Source of the DNA: an uncultured Clostridia bacterium
GTDB taxonomy: Bacteria > Bacillota > Clostridia > Oscillospirales > UBA644
Direction: 5' to 3'
Assembly: GCA_948443805.1 (NCBI GenBank)
Contig: CAOJUB010000004.1
Span: 13,881-77,880 of the forward strand
DNA length: 64,000 nucleotides
Part shown: one piece after another, positions 7,657-18,234 of the stretch
How the letters are laid out: each line of letters begins with the position of its first letter
Numbering within the stretch: position 1 is the stretch's first letter
Position numbers and translations under genes: made by a program
Notes under the pieces: generated by a model
Databases searched by the model: none
Told to the model about the DNA's origin: nothing
The model's input: only the letters and a program-made list of their open reading frames with translations

Positions 7657-8323
7657 GTTCCAATACGCTTTCTTTTTTTTCTGTAGTTATGTTTTTTTGC
7701 TTTCCGTCTCCTGTTCCGCCTTCTACTACGCCTTTATGCTGGATAACGGAAACAATTGTTCCGAAAAAGCACTTTACGTCAAAGCCAAACGTAATGTGCT
7801 GAACATATTCACCGTCATATCTTGCTTTATCCGGAATTTCCAGCGCATCGCGGCCATTAATCTGTGCCCAGCCGGTTAAGCCTGGACGAACATCATTTGC
7901 CCCATATTTGTCCCGTTCGGCAATCAGATCGTCTTGATTCCAAAGCGCCGGCCGAGGCCCGATCAACGCCATTTGTCCGATTAAAATATTAAAAATCTGA
8001 GGAAGCTCATCCAAACTTGTTTTTCTGAGAAATTTTCCTATCGGTGTAATCCACTGTTCCGGATTTTGAAGCAAATGTGTCGGCATATCCTTTGGCGTAT
8101 CGATCCGCATTGTCCGAAACTTCAAAATATAAAAATATTTTTTATGCGCGCCGATCCTTTTTTGCTTAAACAATACTGGTCCCGGTGAAGTAATTTTAAT
8201 AAGAAACGCTAAAATCAAAAGAATCGGTGAACAAACAAGGATCGCACAGAATGAAAGAATAACATCCAGAATTCGTTTGATACCGTTTTGGTATAACGAG
8301 CGTTTTTTTTCGGAAAAACGCAT
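7646..8323 (-). CDS. Polyprenyl-phosphate sugar-phosphate transferase (bacterial sugar transferase, WbaP/EpsL-like C-terminal type)
   Basis: Motifs PGPVLFKQKRIG, KFRTM, SLDELPQ, GPRP and GLTGWAQINGRD. Start set to ATG 8323, 7 nt after GGGGGA. Confidence 0.9.
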   Translation of the reverse strand: MRFSEKKRSLYQNGIKRILDVILSFCAILVCSPILLILAFLIKITSPGPVLFKQKRIGAHKKYFYILKFRTMRIDTPKDMPTHLLQNPEQWITPIGKFLRKTSLDELPQIFNILIGQMALIGPRPALWNQDDLIAERDKYGANDVRPGLTGWAQINGRDALEIPDKARYDGEYVQHITFGFDVKCFFGTIVSVIQHKGVVEGGTGDGKQKNITTEKKESVLEREE

Positions 8324-8482
8324 AAAATAATCCCCCAACAATCGGCAAATACATTAAAGAACCGATTTTTTATAAAAAGTACAGTCTTTTATTCTTCTTA
8401 CGATAAAAATAAACCAGAAGAGAGAAATCCCTCAGGTAAAAAGCCTTTCGGGACTTCCCTCTTGTTCTCTCCGAAAAGAGTT

Positions 8483-11113
8483 TTATTTTTTCTCGTTAAT
8501 TGCAGCCTGTGCAGCGGCAAGACGGGCAATCGGCACACGGAACGGAGAACAGGAAACATAGTCCAAACCGATTTTATGGCAGAATTCTACCGACGTCGGA
8601 TCGCCGCCATGTTCACCGCAGATTCCACAATGCATCGACGGACGAACTTTCTTACCCAGCTCAACGGCAACTTCCATTAATTTACCAACGCCCTTCTGAT
8701 CCAGTTTTGCAAAGGGATCGTTTTCGTAAATTTTATTATCGTAGTAAGAATCCAGGAATTTTCCTGCGTCGTCACGGCTGAAACCAAAGGTCATCTGAGT
8801 CAGGTCATTGGTACCAAAGCAGAAGAATTCAGCTTCTTTTGCAATTTCATCCGCTGTAAGCGCCGCTCTCGGAATTTCAATCATTGTTCCGACTTCATAC
8901 TTCAGATCAATTCCTGCAGCAGCGATTTCAGCGTCAGCCGTCTCAACTACTGTATTCTTCACGAACTTCAATTCCTTAATATCACCAATCAGAGGTATCA
9001 TAATTTCAGGAACAATATTCCAGTCTGCATGCGCTTTCTTTACGTTAATCGCTGCACGGATAACAGCTTTTGTCTGCATTTTTGCAATTTCAGGGTAGGT
9101 AACCGTAAGACGGCAGCCGCGATGACCCATCATCGGGTTAAACTCATGGAGAGATGCAATGATTGCTTTGATCTCGTCAACAGATTTTCCCTGCGCGGCA
9201 GCAAGTATCTGAATATCTTCTTCTTCGGTAGGAACAAATTCATGAAGAGGCGGATCCAGGAACCGGATGGTTACCGGGCAGCCTTCCAGCGCTTCATAAA
9301 GAGCTTCAAAATCGTTCTGCTGATAAGGCATAATCTTGTCCAGAGCCGCTTCTCTTTCTTCAACAGTATCGGCACAGATCATTTCACGGAAAGCCGCAAT
9401 TCTTTCTTCTTCAAAAAACATATGCTCAGTCCGGCAGAGACCGATTCCTTCAGCGCCGAGTTCACGGGCTTTTTTTGCATCGGCAGGCGTATCGGCATTG
9501 GTACGGACCTTCAGTTTTCTGAACTTGTCCGCAAGAGACATAATCCGGCCGAATTCTCCGGCAATTTCAGCGTCAACCGTCGGAATAATGCCATCATAGA
9601 TGTTACCGGTTGAACCGTCAATCGAAATATAATCGCCTTCATGATATACTTTACCGGCAAGTTCGAATTTTTTATTTTCTTCATCCATTTTGATATCGCC
9701 GCAACCGGAAACACAGCAGGTGCCCATTCCGCGAGCGACAACCGCCGCGTGCGAAGTCATACCGCCGCGAACGGTAAGAATACCCTGAGAGGCTTTCATT
9801 CCGGTAATATCTTCCGGAGAGGTTTCCAAACGTACCAGAACTACTTTTTCTCCCTTATCATTCCATGCAACCGCATCATCAGCCGAGAAAACAATTTTAC
9901 CGCAGGCTGCTCCGGGAGAAGCACCAAGGCCTTTTCCGGCAGGGGTTGCTGCTTTCAGCGCTTTTGTATCAAACTGCGGATGCAGCAGCGTATCCAGATT
10001 TCTCGGATCGATCATAGCAACGGCTTTTTCTTCGGAAATCATGCCTTCGTCAATCAGATCGCAGGCGATTTTCAGCGCAGCTTTCGCCGTTCTTTTTCCG
10101 TTTCTTGTCTGAAGCATATAAAGTTTTTTATCTTCAATGGTAAATTCCATATCCTGCATATCTCTGTAATGATTTTCCAGAATATTGCAGATTTCAACGA
10201 ACTGATTGTAAACTTCAGGCATAACTTCCTGCAGTTTGGCAATCGGAGACGGCGTGCGAACACCCGCAACAACGTCTTCGCCCTGCGCGTTCATCAGGAA
10301 CTCGCCCATCAGTTTCTTTTCGCCGGTCGCCGGATCTCTAGTAAAGGCAACACCGGTACCGGAAGTATCGCCCATATTGCCGAAAGCCATCATCTGAACG
10401 TTAACCGCCGTACCCCAGGAATACGGAATATCGTTATCGCGGCGGTAAACATTTGCTCTGGGGTTGTCCCAAGAACGGAATACCGCTTCTACTGCGCCCA
10501 TCAGCTGTTCTTTAGGATCGGTCGGGAAATCTTTCCCCAATTTTTCTTTATATTCGGCCTTAAACTGAGAAGCAAGAACCTTCAGGTCTTCCGCAGTCAA
10601 ATCTACATCCTGCTGAACGCCCTTCTCCTCTTTCATCTTATCAATCAGTTCTTCAAAATATTTTTTTCCGACTTCCATTACGACATCGGAATACATCTGA
10701 ATAAATCTTCTGTAACAGTCCCATGCCCATCTGGGATTTCCGGACTTCTTTGCCATAACTTCAACAACGTCCTCATTCAGGCCGAGGTTCAGAATGGTAT
10801 CCATCATACCGGGCATAGAAGCTCTTGCTCCAGAACGTACGGAAACAAGGAGGGGATTTTCCATATCACCGAATTTCTTGCCGGTAATTTCCTCCATTTT
10901 TATAATATATTCCATGATTTGTGCCTGAATTTCATCATTGATTTTCCGGCCGTCCTCATAATATTGCGTGCAGGCCTCCGTGGTAATGGTGAAACCCTGA
11001 GGAACCGGCATGCCGAGATTGGTCATTTCGGCAAGATTGGCACCTTTACCGCCAAGGAGTTCGCGCATGGTGCCGTTTCCTTCTTTAAACAGGTAGACAT
11101 ACTTTTTTGTCAT
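8483..11113 (-). CDS. ppdK: Pyruvate, phosphate dikinase
   Basis: Full-length match to PPDK architecture (ATP-grasp, phospho-His GGMTSHAAVVARG, PEP-utilising TIM barrel). Start at ATG 11113, downstream of GGAGG. Confidence 0.97.
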   Translation of the reverse strand: MTKKYVYLFKEGNGTMRELLGGKGANLAEMTNLGMPVPQGFTITTEACTQYYEDGRKINDEIQAQIMEYIIKMEEITGKKFGDMENPLLVSVRSGARASMPGMMDTILNLGLNEDVVEVMAKKSGNPRWAWDCYRRFIQMYSDVVMEVGKKYFEELIDKMKEEKGVQQDVDLTAEDLKVLASQFKAEYKEKLGKDFPTDPKEQLMGAVEAVFRSWDNPRANVYRRDNDIPYSWGTAVNVQMMAFGNMGDTSGTGVAFTRDPATGEKKLMGEFLMNAQGEDVVAGVRTPSPIAKLQEVMPEVYNQFVEICNILENHYRDMQDMEFTIEDKKLYMLQTRNGKRTAKAALKIACDLIDEGMISEEKAVAMIDPRNLDTLLHPQFDTKALKAATPAGKGLGASPGAACGKIVFSADDAVAWNDKGEKVVLVRLETSPEDITGMKASQGILTVRGGMTSHAAVVARGMGTCCVSGCGDIKMDEENKKFELAGKVYHEGDYISIDGSTGNIYDGIIPTVDAEIAGEFGRIMSLADKFRKLKVRTNADTPADAKKARELGAEGIGLCRTEHMFFEEERIAAFREMICADTVEEREAALDKIMPYQQNDFEALYEALEGCPVTIRFLDPPLHEFVPTEEEDIQILAAAQGKSVDEIKAIIASLHEFNPMMGHRGCRLTVTYPEIAKMQTKAVIRAAINVKKAHADWNIVPEIMIPLIGDIKELKFVKNTVVETADAEIAAAGIDLKYEVGTMIEIPRAALTADEIAKEAEFFCFGTNDLTQMTFGFSRDDAGKFLDSYYDNKIYENDPFAKLDQKGVGKLMEVAVELGKKVRPSMHCGICGEHGGDPTSVEFCHKIGLDYVSCSPFRVPIARLAAAQAAINEKK

Positions 11114-11214
11114 TACTTTTAAACCTCCATTCATTATCATTTAGCATTATATCATAAAAAAAGACAAATTTCAACCCCCAAATGAAACATTTTATTAAAA
11201 TTGGCTCTTCGGAC

Positions 11215-11243
11215 TTGTAAATAAACTTACCTTATGTTATACT
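11215..11243 (+). promoter_or_regulatory. Sigma-A-type promoter TTGTAA-17-TATACT with extended TG
   Basis: Read directly, about 50 nt upstream of pth. Confidence 0.5.
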
Positions 11244-11291
11244 TATAAAATAGAAAAATTAAAAAGAAAAGAAAAAGAGCGGAGACCAAAT

Positions 11292-11879
11292 ATGGAAAAT
11301 TTTCTGATCGTCGGGCTGGGAAATCCCGGAAAAGAATATTACGCAACGAGACATAACGCCGGATGGCTGGCTCTTGATTATATAGCGGAACAACTGAAGG
11401 TGAAAATAAAAAAAATAAAATTTAAAGCAACCTATGCAGAAACGGTTTATGCAGGGAAAAAACTGATCCTCCTGAAACCGCAGACCTATATGAATGCTTC
11501 GGGGGAAGCTGTCATGGCGGCAGCGGACTATTATCATATTTCCCCGGAAAATATTCTGGTTATTCACGATGATATTTCACTTCCTTCCAATAAATTGCGA
11601 ATTCGCAAAAAAGGCAGCGCCGGCGGCCACAACGGTTTGAAAAATATTATTTATTTGCTCCGTTCAGAAAATTTCCCCCGCATCAAAATCGGCGTTGCCG
11701 ACAGAAAGGATCAGTCCGATCTGAAAGATTGGGTTCTCGGGACCTTTACCAAAGAGGAACAACGGGGATTGCTTGAAAATTTCGATGATATTTATAAAGC
11801 TGCGCTGCTGATCTGCGAAGGTAAAATCGAAGAAGCCATGGCGCAATATAACAAAGAAAAACCGCCTGCTGAACAATAG
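11292..11879 (+). CDS. pth: Peptidyl-tRNA hydrolase
   Basis: LIVGLGNPG...RHNAG N-terminus and overall Pth length. Confidence 0.95.
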   Translation: MENFLIVGLGNPGKEYYATRHNAGWLALDYIAEQLKVKIKKIKFKATYAETVYAGKKLILLKPQTYMNASGEAVMAAADYYHISPENILVIHDDISLPSNKLRIRKKGSAGGHNGLKNIIYLLRSENFPRIKIGVADRKDQSDLKDWVLGTFTKEEQRGLLENFDDIYKAALLICEGKIEEAMAQYNKEKPPAEQ

Positions 11880-11902
11880 ACCGAAAACGGAGAAAATACC
11901 AA

Positions 11903-14900
11903 ATGAAAAACGACGTTTTGGATATTCTGAAACAAACAACAGAATATGAAAATCTTTTCACTGCGGCAAGAGAAGGAAAAACCTGCGCTGTATTCGGACC
12001 GGATGAAACCCAGATTTACTATGCGGAAAAGCTGGCGGAAGATTTGGGAAAACGTTTTTTTCTGATTGTTCCTTCGGATGAAGAAGCCCAAAAAGCATAT
12101 ACATTTTTGCGTTCCTATACAAAAAATGCCTTTCTTTTTCCGGCAAAAGACTATCAGTTCCGTCAGATTCAGGGCGTTTCCCGTTATGACGACAATGCCC
12201 GTATCGAGACCATTTCCCATATTCGTCAGGGTGATTATCATAGCGTCATCATTCCGGCAAAAGCGCTTTTGACCTTCGTTATGCCGCCGGAAGAATTTGA
12301 AGAAATTCGCCTGAGAAGAGGCGATACGCCAGGAATGGAACTGCCGGATCTTCGCGAAAAATTAATCGGCATGGGATATGAGTTTTTTTCAAAAGTGGAA
12401 GGTCCCGGTCAGTTCAGCATTCGGGGTGATATTTTTGATATATTTCCTCCCGGTGAAGAACTTCCTCTCCGGATCGAATTTTTTGGAGATGAAGTCGACA
12501 CGATCAGTCTTTTTGATATCGAAACACAGCGGCGAACCGAACAAAAAGATACCGTAACCATTCTGCCGGCGAAAGAATTTACGGTAAGGCTTGCCGGCAG
12601 ACTCATAGAAAAGCTTAAAAAAAAGGCGGAAAATTCCTATGTCAAAGAAGATCTGGAACTTCTTCGGCAAGGAATTCTGCCGAAACATGACCGGTATGCT
12701 TCCGTCTATTACGGACGGGAAACCGGAATTTTAGATTTTGTTACGGAAAATGATGTTATTTTTCTTTTCGGATACAAAGAAATAAAAAAAGTACTGCTTC
12801 AGTTTGAAAATCAGGTGAAAGAAGACATCCACCGTCTGAAAGATGAAGGACTCCCTTTTTTAGGAAAAAAATTTACGCTGAAATATCCAGAAATTCTTGA
12901 GAAGATAAAAAAACCGATTATTTTTGAAGGATTGCCCTGTTCGATCCCCGATTTTGCCGTCGAATCTTTAACCGATATCAAAATCGCCCATACGGAACCG
13001 GGCGGGAGTCCTGCGGCTATTGAAGAAATTCGTTCTCTTTTGAAAAACGGCTATCAGATCTCTCTTTCGGTTCCAGACTCTTCCTCCGAAGCGCGGCTGA
13101 AAGAAGTTTTCGGAATACAGCCGAATCTGTTTTACACGCAGGATATCTTCCCTTTTGGGTTTCTTCTGCATAATCAAAAAAAAGCGTTGTTCATTTACAA
13201 AAACAAAGGAGAGCGCCGCCGCCGGCATAAAAACCGGTTTGAAAAAGGGGAAAAAATAAAATCCTTTGCCGATATTAAAAAAGGAGATTTTGTCGTCCAT
13301 TCGGATTTTGGTATCGGTATTTACGATGGGATTCACAAAATAGAAAACCGAGGAATTGCCAAAGATTTTATCAAAATACTTTTTGCCGGGACAGACGTTT
13401 TATATATCCCCTGCGATCAATTAAACACCATATCAAAATATATCGGCGGAGATACGGAAATCAAAGTCAAACTAAATAAACTCGGCGGTTCCGACTGGTC
13501 TAAAACAAAACAAAAGGTTCGTTCCGCCGTCCGTGATCTTGCCGACCAGCTGATACTGCTTTACGGGCAGCGGCTGAAACTGAAGGGGCATGCCTTTCCG
13601 CCCGATACGGAATGGCAGCATGATTTTGAAGCCGGATTTGAGTTTGAAGAAACCGAAGATCAGCTGAAATGCATCCGCGAAATTAAAAAAGATATGGAAA
13701 GTCCGATCCCCATGGAACGCCTTCTCTGCGGCGATGTCGGTTTCGGAAAAACGGAAGTGGCGCTACGCGCTGCCTTCAAATGCGTTTCCGACAGCCGGCA
13801 GGTTGCGATTCTCGCTCCGACAACAATTTTAGCCTTTCAGCATTATCAAACAGCAATAAAACGTTTCCGTGGATTTCCGGTAACCATTGAAATGCTTTCC
13901 CGTTTCCGCTCACCGCAGCAGCAGACAGAAATTTTTAAAAATGTAAAAAGCGGAAAAATCGATATTATTATCGGCACTCATAAAATTCTGCAAAAAAATA
14001 TTGCATTTAAAGATTTAGGACTAATCATTATTGATGAGGAACAGCGTTTCGGTGTCGCACACAAAGAATTTTTAAAAAATCTTTCAAAAACGGCGGATAT
14101 CCTCAGTCTTTCCGCAACCCCGATTCCCAGGACGTTAAATATGTCGCTTTCCGGTATCCGAGACATTTCCATGCTGGAAGAAGCGCCGCATAACCGGTAT
14201 CCGGTAACGACTTATGTTGCGGAATATGACGAAGGAACGGTGATTGACGCGATCCGCCGTGAAGTAGCGCGCGGCGGTCAGTGCTTTTATTTAAGCAACC
14301 GGGTCGATACGATCAGCCGGAAAGCCGCCATGCTGTTTGAAAAAACCGGTTTTCAAATTGGAATAGCGCACGGGAAAATGTCGAAGGAAGAATTGGCCGA
14401 TGTCTGGGATGATATGACGCTCGGAAAAATCGATGTTTTAGTCTGTACAACGATTATAGAAACAGGAATCGATCTGCCGAACTGCAACACCTTGATTATT
14501 GAAGACGCGGATCGTCTGGGCTTGGCGCAGCTCCATCAAATACGGGGCAGGGTCGGAAGAACCAACCGGAAAGCCTATTCCTATTTTCTTTACGGCAAAG
14601 GCAAAGTTCTTTCTTCCGATGCTTATAAAAGACTGATGACCATCCGTGAATTTACCGAATTCGGCTCCGGACTGAAAATTGCCATGCGGGATCTGGAAAT
14701 CCGGGGCGCCGGCGATATTCTCGGCGCAGAACAAAGCGGCCATCTGCTTACCGTTGGATTTGATATGTACATGCAGCTGCTGGAAGAAGCCGTCAGTGAA
14801 AAACGCGGGAAAAAAGCAGAAAAAACAGACTGCAAAGTTGACCTTAAATTAAATGCTTATATCCCCGATAACTATATTTTCGATAGTGAAAGCAGAATTG

Positions 14901-15271
14901 AAATGTACAAACTGATCTCTGGAATTGTTTCTGAAGAAGATTACCGTGAAGTTCTCGATGAAATGATCGACCGGTTCTCCGAACCTCCGAAACCGGTATG
15001 CAATCTGCTGGAAATTGCCGTAATCCGAGGAGCTGCCTGTCAATGCGGTGTTACGGAAATAACAGAAAAAGAAGAAAAATATCTAATTTTTCTGACAAAA
15101 GAACCCCAGCCGGAGCAAATTGCTCGGGCGGCTTCCGCTTATAAAGGGCGGGAATTATTCTACAGTCCGGGCAGTAAACCCTGTTTTTCACTGGCAACCG
15201 CATTAGGCTTGAAAGGGCTGAAAGAATTTTTAAATAATTTACAAAAAAGTTTTGATACGGACAAAAAATAA
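11903..15271 (+). CDS. mfd: Transcription-repair coupling factor
   Basis: 1122 aa. UvrB-like N-terminus, CarD/RID region, DEAD-box helicase motifs (GDVGFGKTEVA, DEEQRFG) and TRG motif. Conserved pth-mfd synteny. Confidence 0.97.
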   Translation: MKNDVLDILKQTTEYENLFTAAREGKTCAVFGPDETQIYYAEKLAEDLGKRFFLIVPSDEEAQKAYTFLRSYTKNAFLFPAKDYQFRQIQGVSRYDDNARIETISHIRQGDYHSVIIPAKALLTFVMPPEEFEEIRLRRGDTPGMELPDLREKLIGMGYEFFSKVEGPGQFSIRGDIFDIFPPGEELPLRIEFFGDEVDTISLFDIETQRRTEQKDTVTILPAKEFTVRLAGRLIEKLKKKAENSYVKEDLELLRQGILPKHDRYASVYYGRETGILDFVTENDVIFLFGYKEIKKVLLQFENQVKEDIHRLKDEGLPFLGKKFTLKYPEILEKIKKPIIFEGLPCSIPDFAVESLTDIKIAHTEPGGSPAAIEEIRSLLKNGYQISLSVPDSSSEARLKEVFGIQPNLFYTQDIFPFGFLLHNQKKALFIYKNKGERRRRHKNRFEKGEKIKSFADIKKGDFVVHSDFGIGIYDGIHKIENRGIAKDFIKILFAGTDVLYIPCDQLNTISKYIGGDTEIKVKLNKLGGSDWSKTKQKVRSAVRDLADQLILLYGQRLKLKGHAFPPDTEWQHDFEAGFEFEETEDQLKCIREIKKDMESPIPMERLLCGDVGFGKTEVALRAAFKCVSDSRQVAILAPTTILAFQHYQTAIKRFRGFPVTIEMLSRFRSPQQQTEIFKNVKSGKIDIIIGTHKILQKNIAFKDLGLIIIDEEQRFGVAHKEFLKNLSKTADILSLSATPIPRTLNMSLSGIRDISMLEEAPHNRYPVTTYVAEYDEGTVIDAIRREVARGGQCFYLSNRVDTISRKAAMLFEKTGFQIGIAHGKMSKEELADVWDDMTLGKIDVLVCTTIIETGIDLPNCNTLIIEDADRLGLAQLHQIRGRVGRTNRKAYSYFLYGKGKVLSSDAYKRLMTIREFTEFGSGLKIAMRDLEIRGAGDILGAEQSGHLLTVGFDMYMQLLEEAVSEKRGKKAEKTDCKVDLKLNAYIPDNYIFDSESRIEMYKLISGIVSEEDYREVLDEMIDRFSEPPKPVCNLLEIAVIRGAACQCGVTEITEKEEKYLIFLTKEPQPEQIARAASAYKGRELFYSPGSKPCFSLATALGLKGLKEFLNNLQKSFDTDKK

Positions 15272-15356
15272 TGGTATAATTTTATAATTAGAATTTTTCT
15301 TAAATCATCAGAGAAATCCGGGTTTTTTACCGGTTTGGAAAGGTTTGAAATTCATC

Positions 15357-16556
15357 ATGAAAAAAATAATAAAATGCACGGGATTGCTTTTAATTTTTGC
15401 TCTGTTTTCAGGGCTTTTTTCCGGCTGTACGGCAGACACTTCTTACGCTCTGACGTCGGAAGGGACGAAATATCCTGCCGGCCCTTATTCTTTTTATGTC
15501 CATTATTACCGAGATACCTGGGAAGCGCAGCTTTATTCCTATAAAGGTTCCGGTTTTGCGGAGAATACAGACATGGAAGTTGATAAAAACGGAACAAAAC
15601 TGCACGATTATATAGTCAATCAGGCAAAAGACCAATATCTTTCCTATCTTTTGATCTGCAAAAAGTTTGAAGAATTCGGCCTGACGCTCAGCGAAGAAGA
15701 AAAAACAGCGATCAATGATTCTTTTCAGAAAAACTATATAGACGCTTACGGGGAAGAACGTATTGCGGAAATGTGCAATACCATTGGCATTACGCAAGAA
15801 GAATTTAAAGAAATACTGAGCGTTACCTATAAGCAGGAAAAACTGATTGATTATTATTTCGGCGAAGGTGGATCGATGGAAGTTCCGGAAAGCGAACTTC
15901 TTTCCAAATATGAAGAAAGCTATGCCCGTTTTAAATACTTGGTATTCTACACAAAGGATACTTCCGGAAATTCCTATACATTGGAACAGCAGAACGCCGT
16001 TTACGCAAAAGCACAGGAAGCTTATGCAAAATTGCAGGCGGGAGAATCGATTGAAACCCTGATTCCCCAGTATTCAGAAGACTATAAATCTTACCCGGAA
16101 AACGCAACCGACGCGCAGAAAAAACAATTGGATCAACAAAATGCGGAAATGGTAGAAGACGGCGTAATTGCAGACAAAAACGGGGTTTTCAATAAGGAAG
16201 TTTATGATTATTACGGCTATAAATTAGATTCGACACTGATTTCAAAAATTTTTGAATTGCAGCAGGGCGAATATGCCTTCGTGGAACTTTCCGATTCTTT
16301 CTGGATCGTACAAAAATATTCCGCTACGGAAAAAGAAAATTATTTTGCCGACAAAAAAACCGATGTCTTCGATGAAATTACCGCCGATGATATTCAAAAT
16401 CTTTATAATGAATGGCGTGAAGCCTTCCCTCATGAATTTAATGAAAAAACAATCGAAAAACTGGATCCCAGAGGCATGTCCGTTTTATTCTTGACGGAAG
16501 ACGAACTGAAGCAGCTTCTGCCGAAAACTGAAAATAACGGATCTTCCGGTCAGTAA
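15357..16556 (+). CDS. PrsA/SurA-family lipoprotein with a divergent parvulin-like domain
   Basis: Lipoprotein signal MKKIIKCTGLLLIFALFSGLFSGC from ATG 15357. SurA-N-like helical region and a degenerate PpiC-like segment (AKLQAGESIETLIPQYSED...FWIVQK). Position after mfd is typical of Firmicutes. Confidence 0.7.
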   Translation: MKKIIKCTGLLLIFALFSGLFSGCTADTSYALTSEGTKYPAGPYSFYVHYYRDTWEAQLYSYKGSGFAENTDMEVDKNGTKLHDYIVNQAKDQYLSYLLICKKFEEFGLTLSEEEKTAINDSFQKNYIDAYGEERIAEMCNTIGITQEEFKEILSVTYKQEKLIDYYFGEGGSMEVPESELLSKYEESYARFKYLVFYTKDTSGNSYTLEQQNAVYAKAQEAYAKLQAGESIETLIPQYSEDYKSYPENATDAQKKQLDQQNAEMVEDGVIADKNGVFNKEVYDYYGYKLDSTLISKIFELQQGEYAFVELSDSFWIVQKYSATEKENYFADKKTDVFDEITADDIQNLYNEWREAFPHEFNEKTIEKLDPRGMSVLFLTEDELKQLLPKTENNGSSGQ

Positions 16557-16566
16557 GAAAAAGAAA

Positions 16567-16600
16567 AGAACACCGAATTAAAAATTCGGTGTTCTTTTTA
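16567..16600 (+). terminator. Rho-independent terminator
   Basis: AGAACACCGAAT / ATTCGGTGTTCT 12-bp stem, 5-nt loop, followed by TTTT. Confidence 0.85.
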
Positions 16601-16676
16601 TTCAGATTATCCACTTGAAAACCGAACCCCGATGTGGTAAAATAAAACTATGATAAAATAATAAAAGGAGTTTTAT

Positions 16677-17609
16677 ATGAGCACAAAAAAAGAATTTTAT
16701 TTTCCTTCAGCGGACGGAAAAACGCAGATTCGTGCCGTAGCCCATATACCGGAAGAAACACCGGAAGCAATTCTGCAAATTTCTCACGGAATGGTTGAAT
16801 TTATCGACCGATACGATGATTTTGCAGCCTATTTGGCAGAAAAAAATATTCTTGTTGTAGGTAATGAACACCTTGGCCATGGCAGTTCGGTTCTCTCCAA
16901 AGAAAAATATGGATATTTTGCCGAAAAAAACGGAAAGAACATTGTCCTTTCCGACCTTTATCAACTCACGGCAATCGTGAAAGAAAAATACCCTGCCCTT
17001 CCCTATTTTCTGCTGGGACACAGCATGGGATCTTTTTTTGCAAGACAATATCTTTGTACTTACGGTTCTCAGCTTAACGGCGCAATTATTATGGGAACGG
17101 GTCGTCACTGTCTGCCGGAAACAACAGCGGGAAAAATGCTGACGTCGCTCATTGCGCTTTTTAAAGGCTGGGAATACCGAAGCCGGTGGATTGACAATCT
17201 GGCCTTCGGCGGCTATAATAAAAGATTTCAGCCAGAACGAACTGCAAAAGACTGGCTGACAAAGGATGAAAAAATGGTGGACGCTTATTTACATAACGAG
17301 CGCTGCGGATTTATCTTCACTCTGAATGCTTATCATACGCTTTTTTCGCTGTTATCTGATCTATGCAAAAAAAATAATTTAAGAAAAATGCCGGCCGATC
17401 TCCCGGTATTCTTTGTCGCCGGAGAAGACGATCCTGTCGGCAATTTCGGAAAAAGCGTCCGGCAGGTACAAAAAAGCTTTGTTAAGTTGGGAATGACTGA
17501 TACGGAAATCAAGCTTTATCCGGACGACCGGCACGAAATCCTGAACGAAACCGATCGGCAAACCGTATATGCGGATCTTTATTCCTGGATTTCCCGACAC
17601 CTGAAATAA
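16677..17609 (+). CDS. Alpha/beta hydrolase (lysophospholipase / monoacylglycerol-lipase-like)
   Basis: Nucleophile elbow GHSMGS. HG oxyanion region and a C-terminal D...H pair. Confidence 0.85.
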   Translation: MSTKKEFYFPSADGKTQIRAVAHIPEETPEAILQISHGMVEFIDRYDDFAAYLAEKNILVVGNEHLGHGSSVLSKEKYGYFAEKNGKNIVLSDLYQLTAIVKEKYPALPYFLLGHSMGSFFARQYLCTYGSQLNGAIIMGTGRHCLPETTAGKMLTSLIALFKGWEYRSRWIDNLAFGGYNKRFQPERTAKDWLTKDEKMVDAYLHNERCGFIFTLNAYHTLFSLLSDLCKKNNLRKMPADLPVFFVAGEDDPVGNFGKSVRQVQKSFVKLGMTDTEIKLYPDDRHEILNETDRQTVYADLYSWISRHLK

Positions 17610-17632
17610 AACCAGAAAATACCAACGGTTTG

Positions 17633-18133
17633 TTATTTTTTCCCCTTAAACTGTCTGTAAAGAAATTTCTTCCGGGTGAAGAAATTCCAGAAATAAACCA
17701 AAACAACTGCAATAGCTTTGCCGATAATATAATATTGATCCGTAGCAAAAAAACGAGTTCCAAAAGAAATATGTGAAACAAAATAACCGATTCCGAAAAG
17801 ACCGTGTTCCGAAAACGGAGCAATAATAATCTGAGTCAATAAAAGACCGGCAAACCCGATCGCCATAAAAAAACCGAAATCAAGTAATGCATTTTTTTCC
17901 ACGGCTTCCGGAAATACCCAATATCGGCAGACAAGATAGTTGACGAACAGTCCGGCAACAAAACCGAGAATCGTAGAATAAAATTCACCAAAGAAAAAAA
18001 ATTCTTCACAAATGATCAGAATAACAAAATCAACGATTGTTCCGGTAATTCCGGCAATCATATTTCGGAAAAATTGAACCGCGATGTTTTCAGGTTTTCC
18101 GGAAAATATTTTTTTTAGCATGAAATTCCCCAT
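17633..18133 (-). CDS. GtrA-family membrane protein
   Basis: Four-TM small protein with the GtrA-like N-terminal motif FFRNMIAGITGTIVDF. Confidence 0.8.
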   Translation of the reverse strand: MGNFMLKKIFSGKPENIAVQFFRNMIAGITGTIVDFVILIICEEFFFFGEFYSTILGFVAGLFVNYLVCRYWVFPEAVEKNALLDFGFFMAIGFAGLLLTQIIIAPFSEHGLFGIGYFVSHISFGTRFFATDQYYIIGKAIAVVLVYFWNFFTRKKFLYRQFKGKK

Positions 18134-18168
18134 TTTTTTAAATTTTTTCTAATTTTTCAATGCAGAAC

Positions 18169-18197
18169 TTGACAAACCCATATTGTACATATATGAT
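18169..18197 (+). promoter_or_regulatory. Sigma-A-type promoter TTGACA-17-TATGAT
   Basis: Read directly upstream of pdxS. Confidence 0.6.
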
Positions 18198-18234
18198 TAA
18201 TATGTAAAACTCAAAAGATTGGAGCGGAAAGAAA

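Noticed and set aside
8342-8482. Looked for a ppdK terminator or regulatory RNA in the 140-nt spacer before the sugar transferase gene
   Set aside because: Only short (4-7 bp) interrupted stems with large loops were found, and there is no convincing stem followed by a U tract. Nothing supportable was found.
9641-11122. 493-aa ORF antisense to ppdK
   Set aside because: It lies entirely opposite a full-length, unmistakable pyruvate phosphate dikinase gene. The translation is low-complexity (F/R/N/I-rich), has no RBS and matches no recognisable family. It is a typical shadow ORF.
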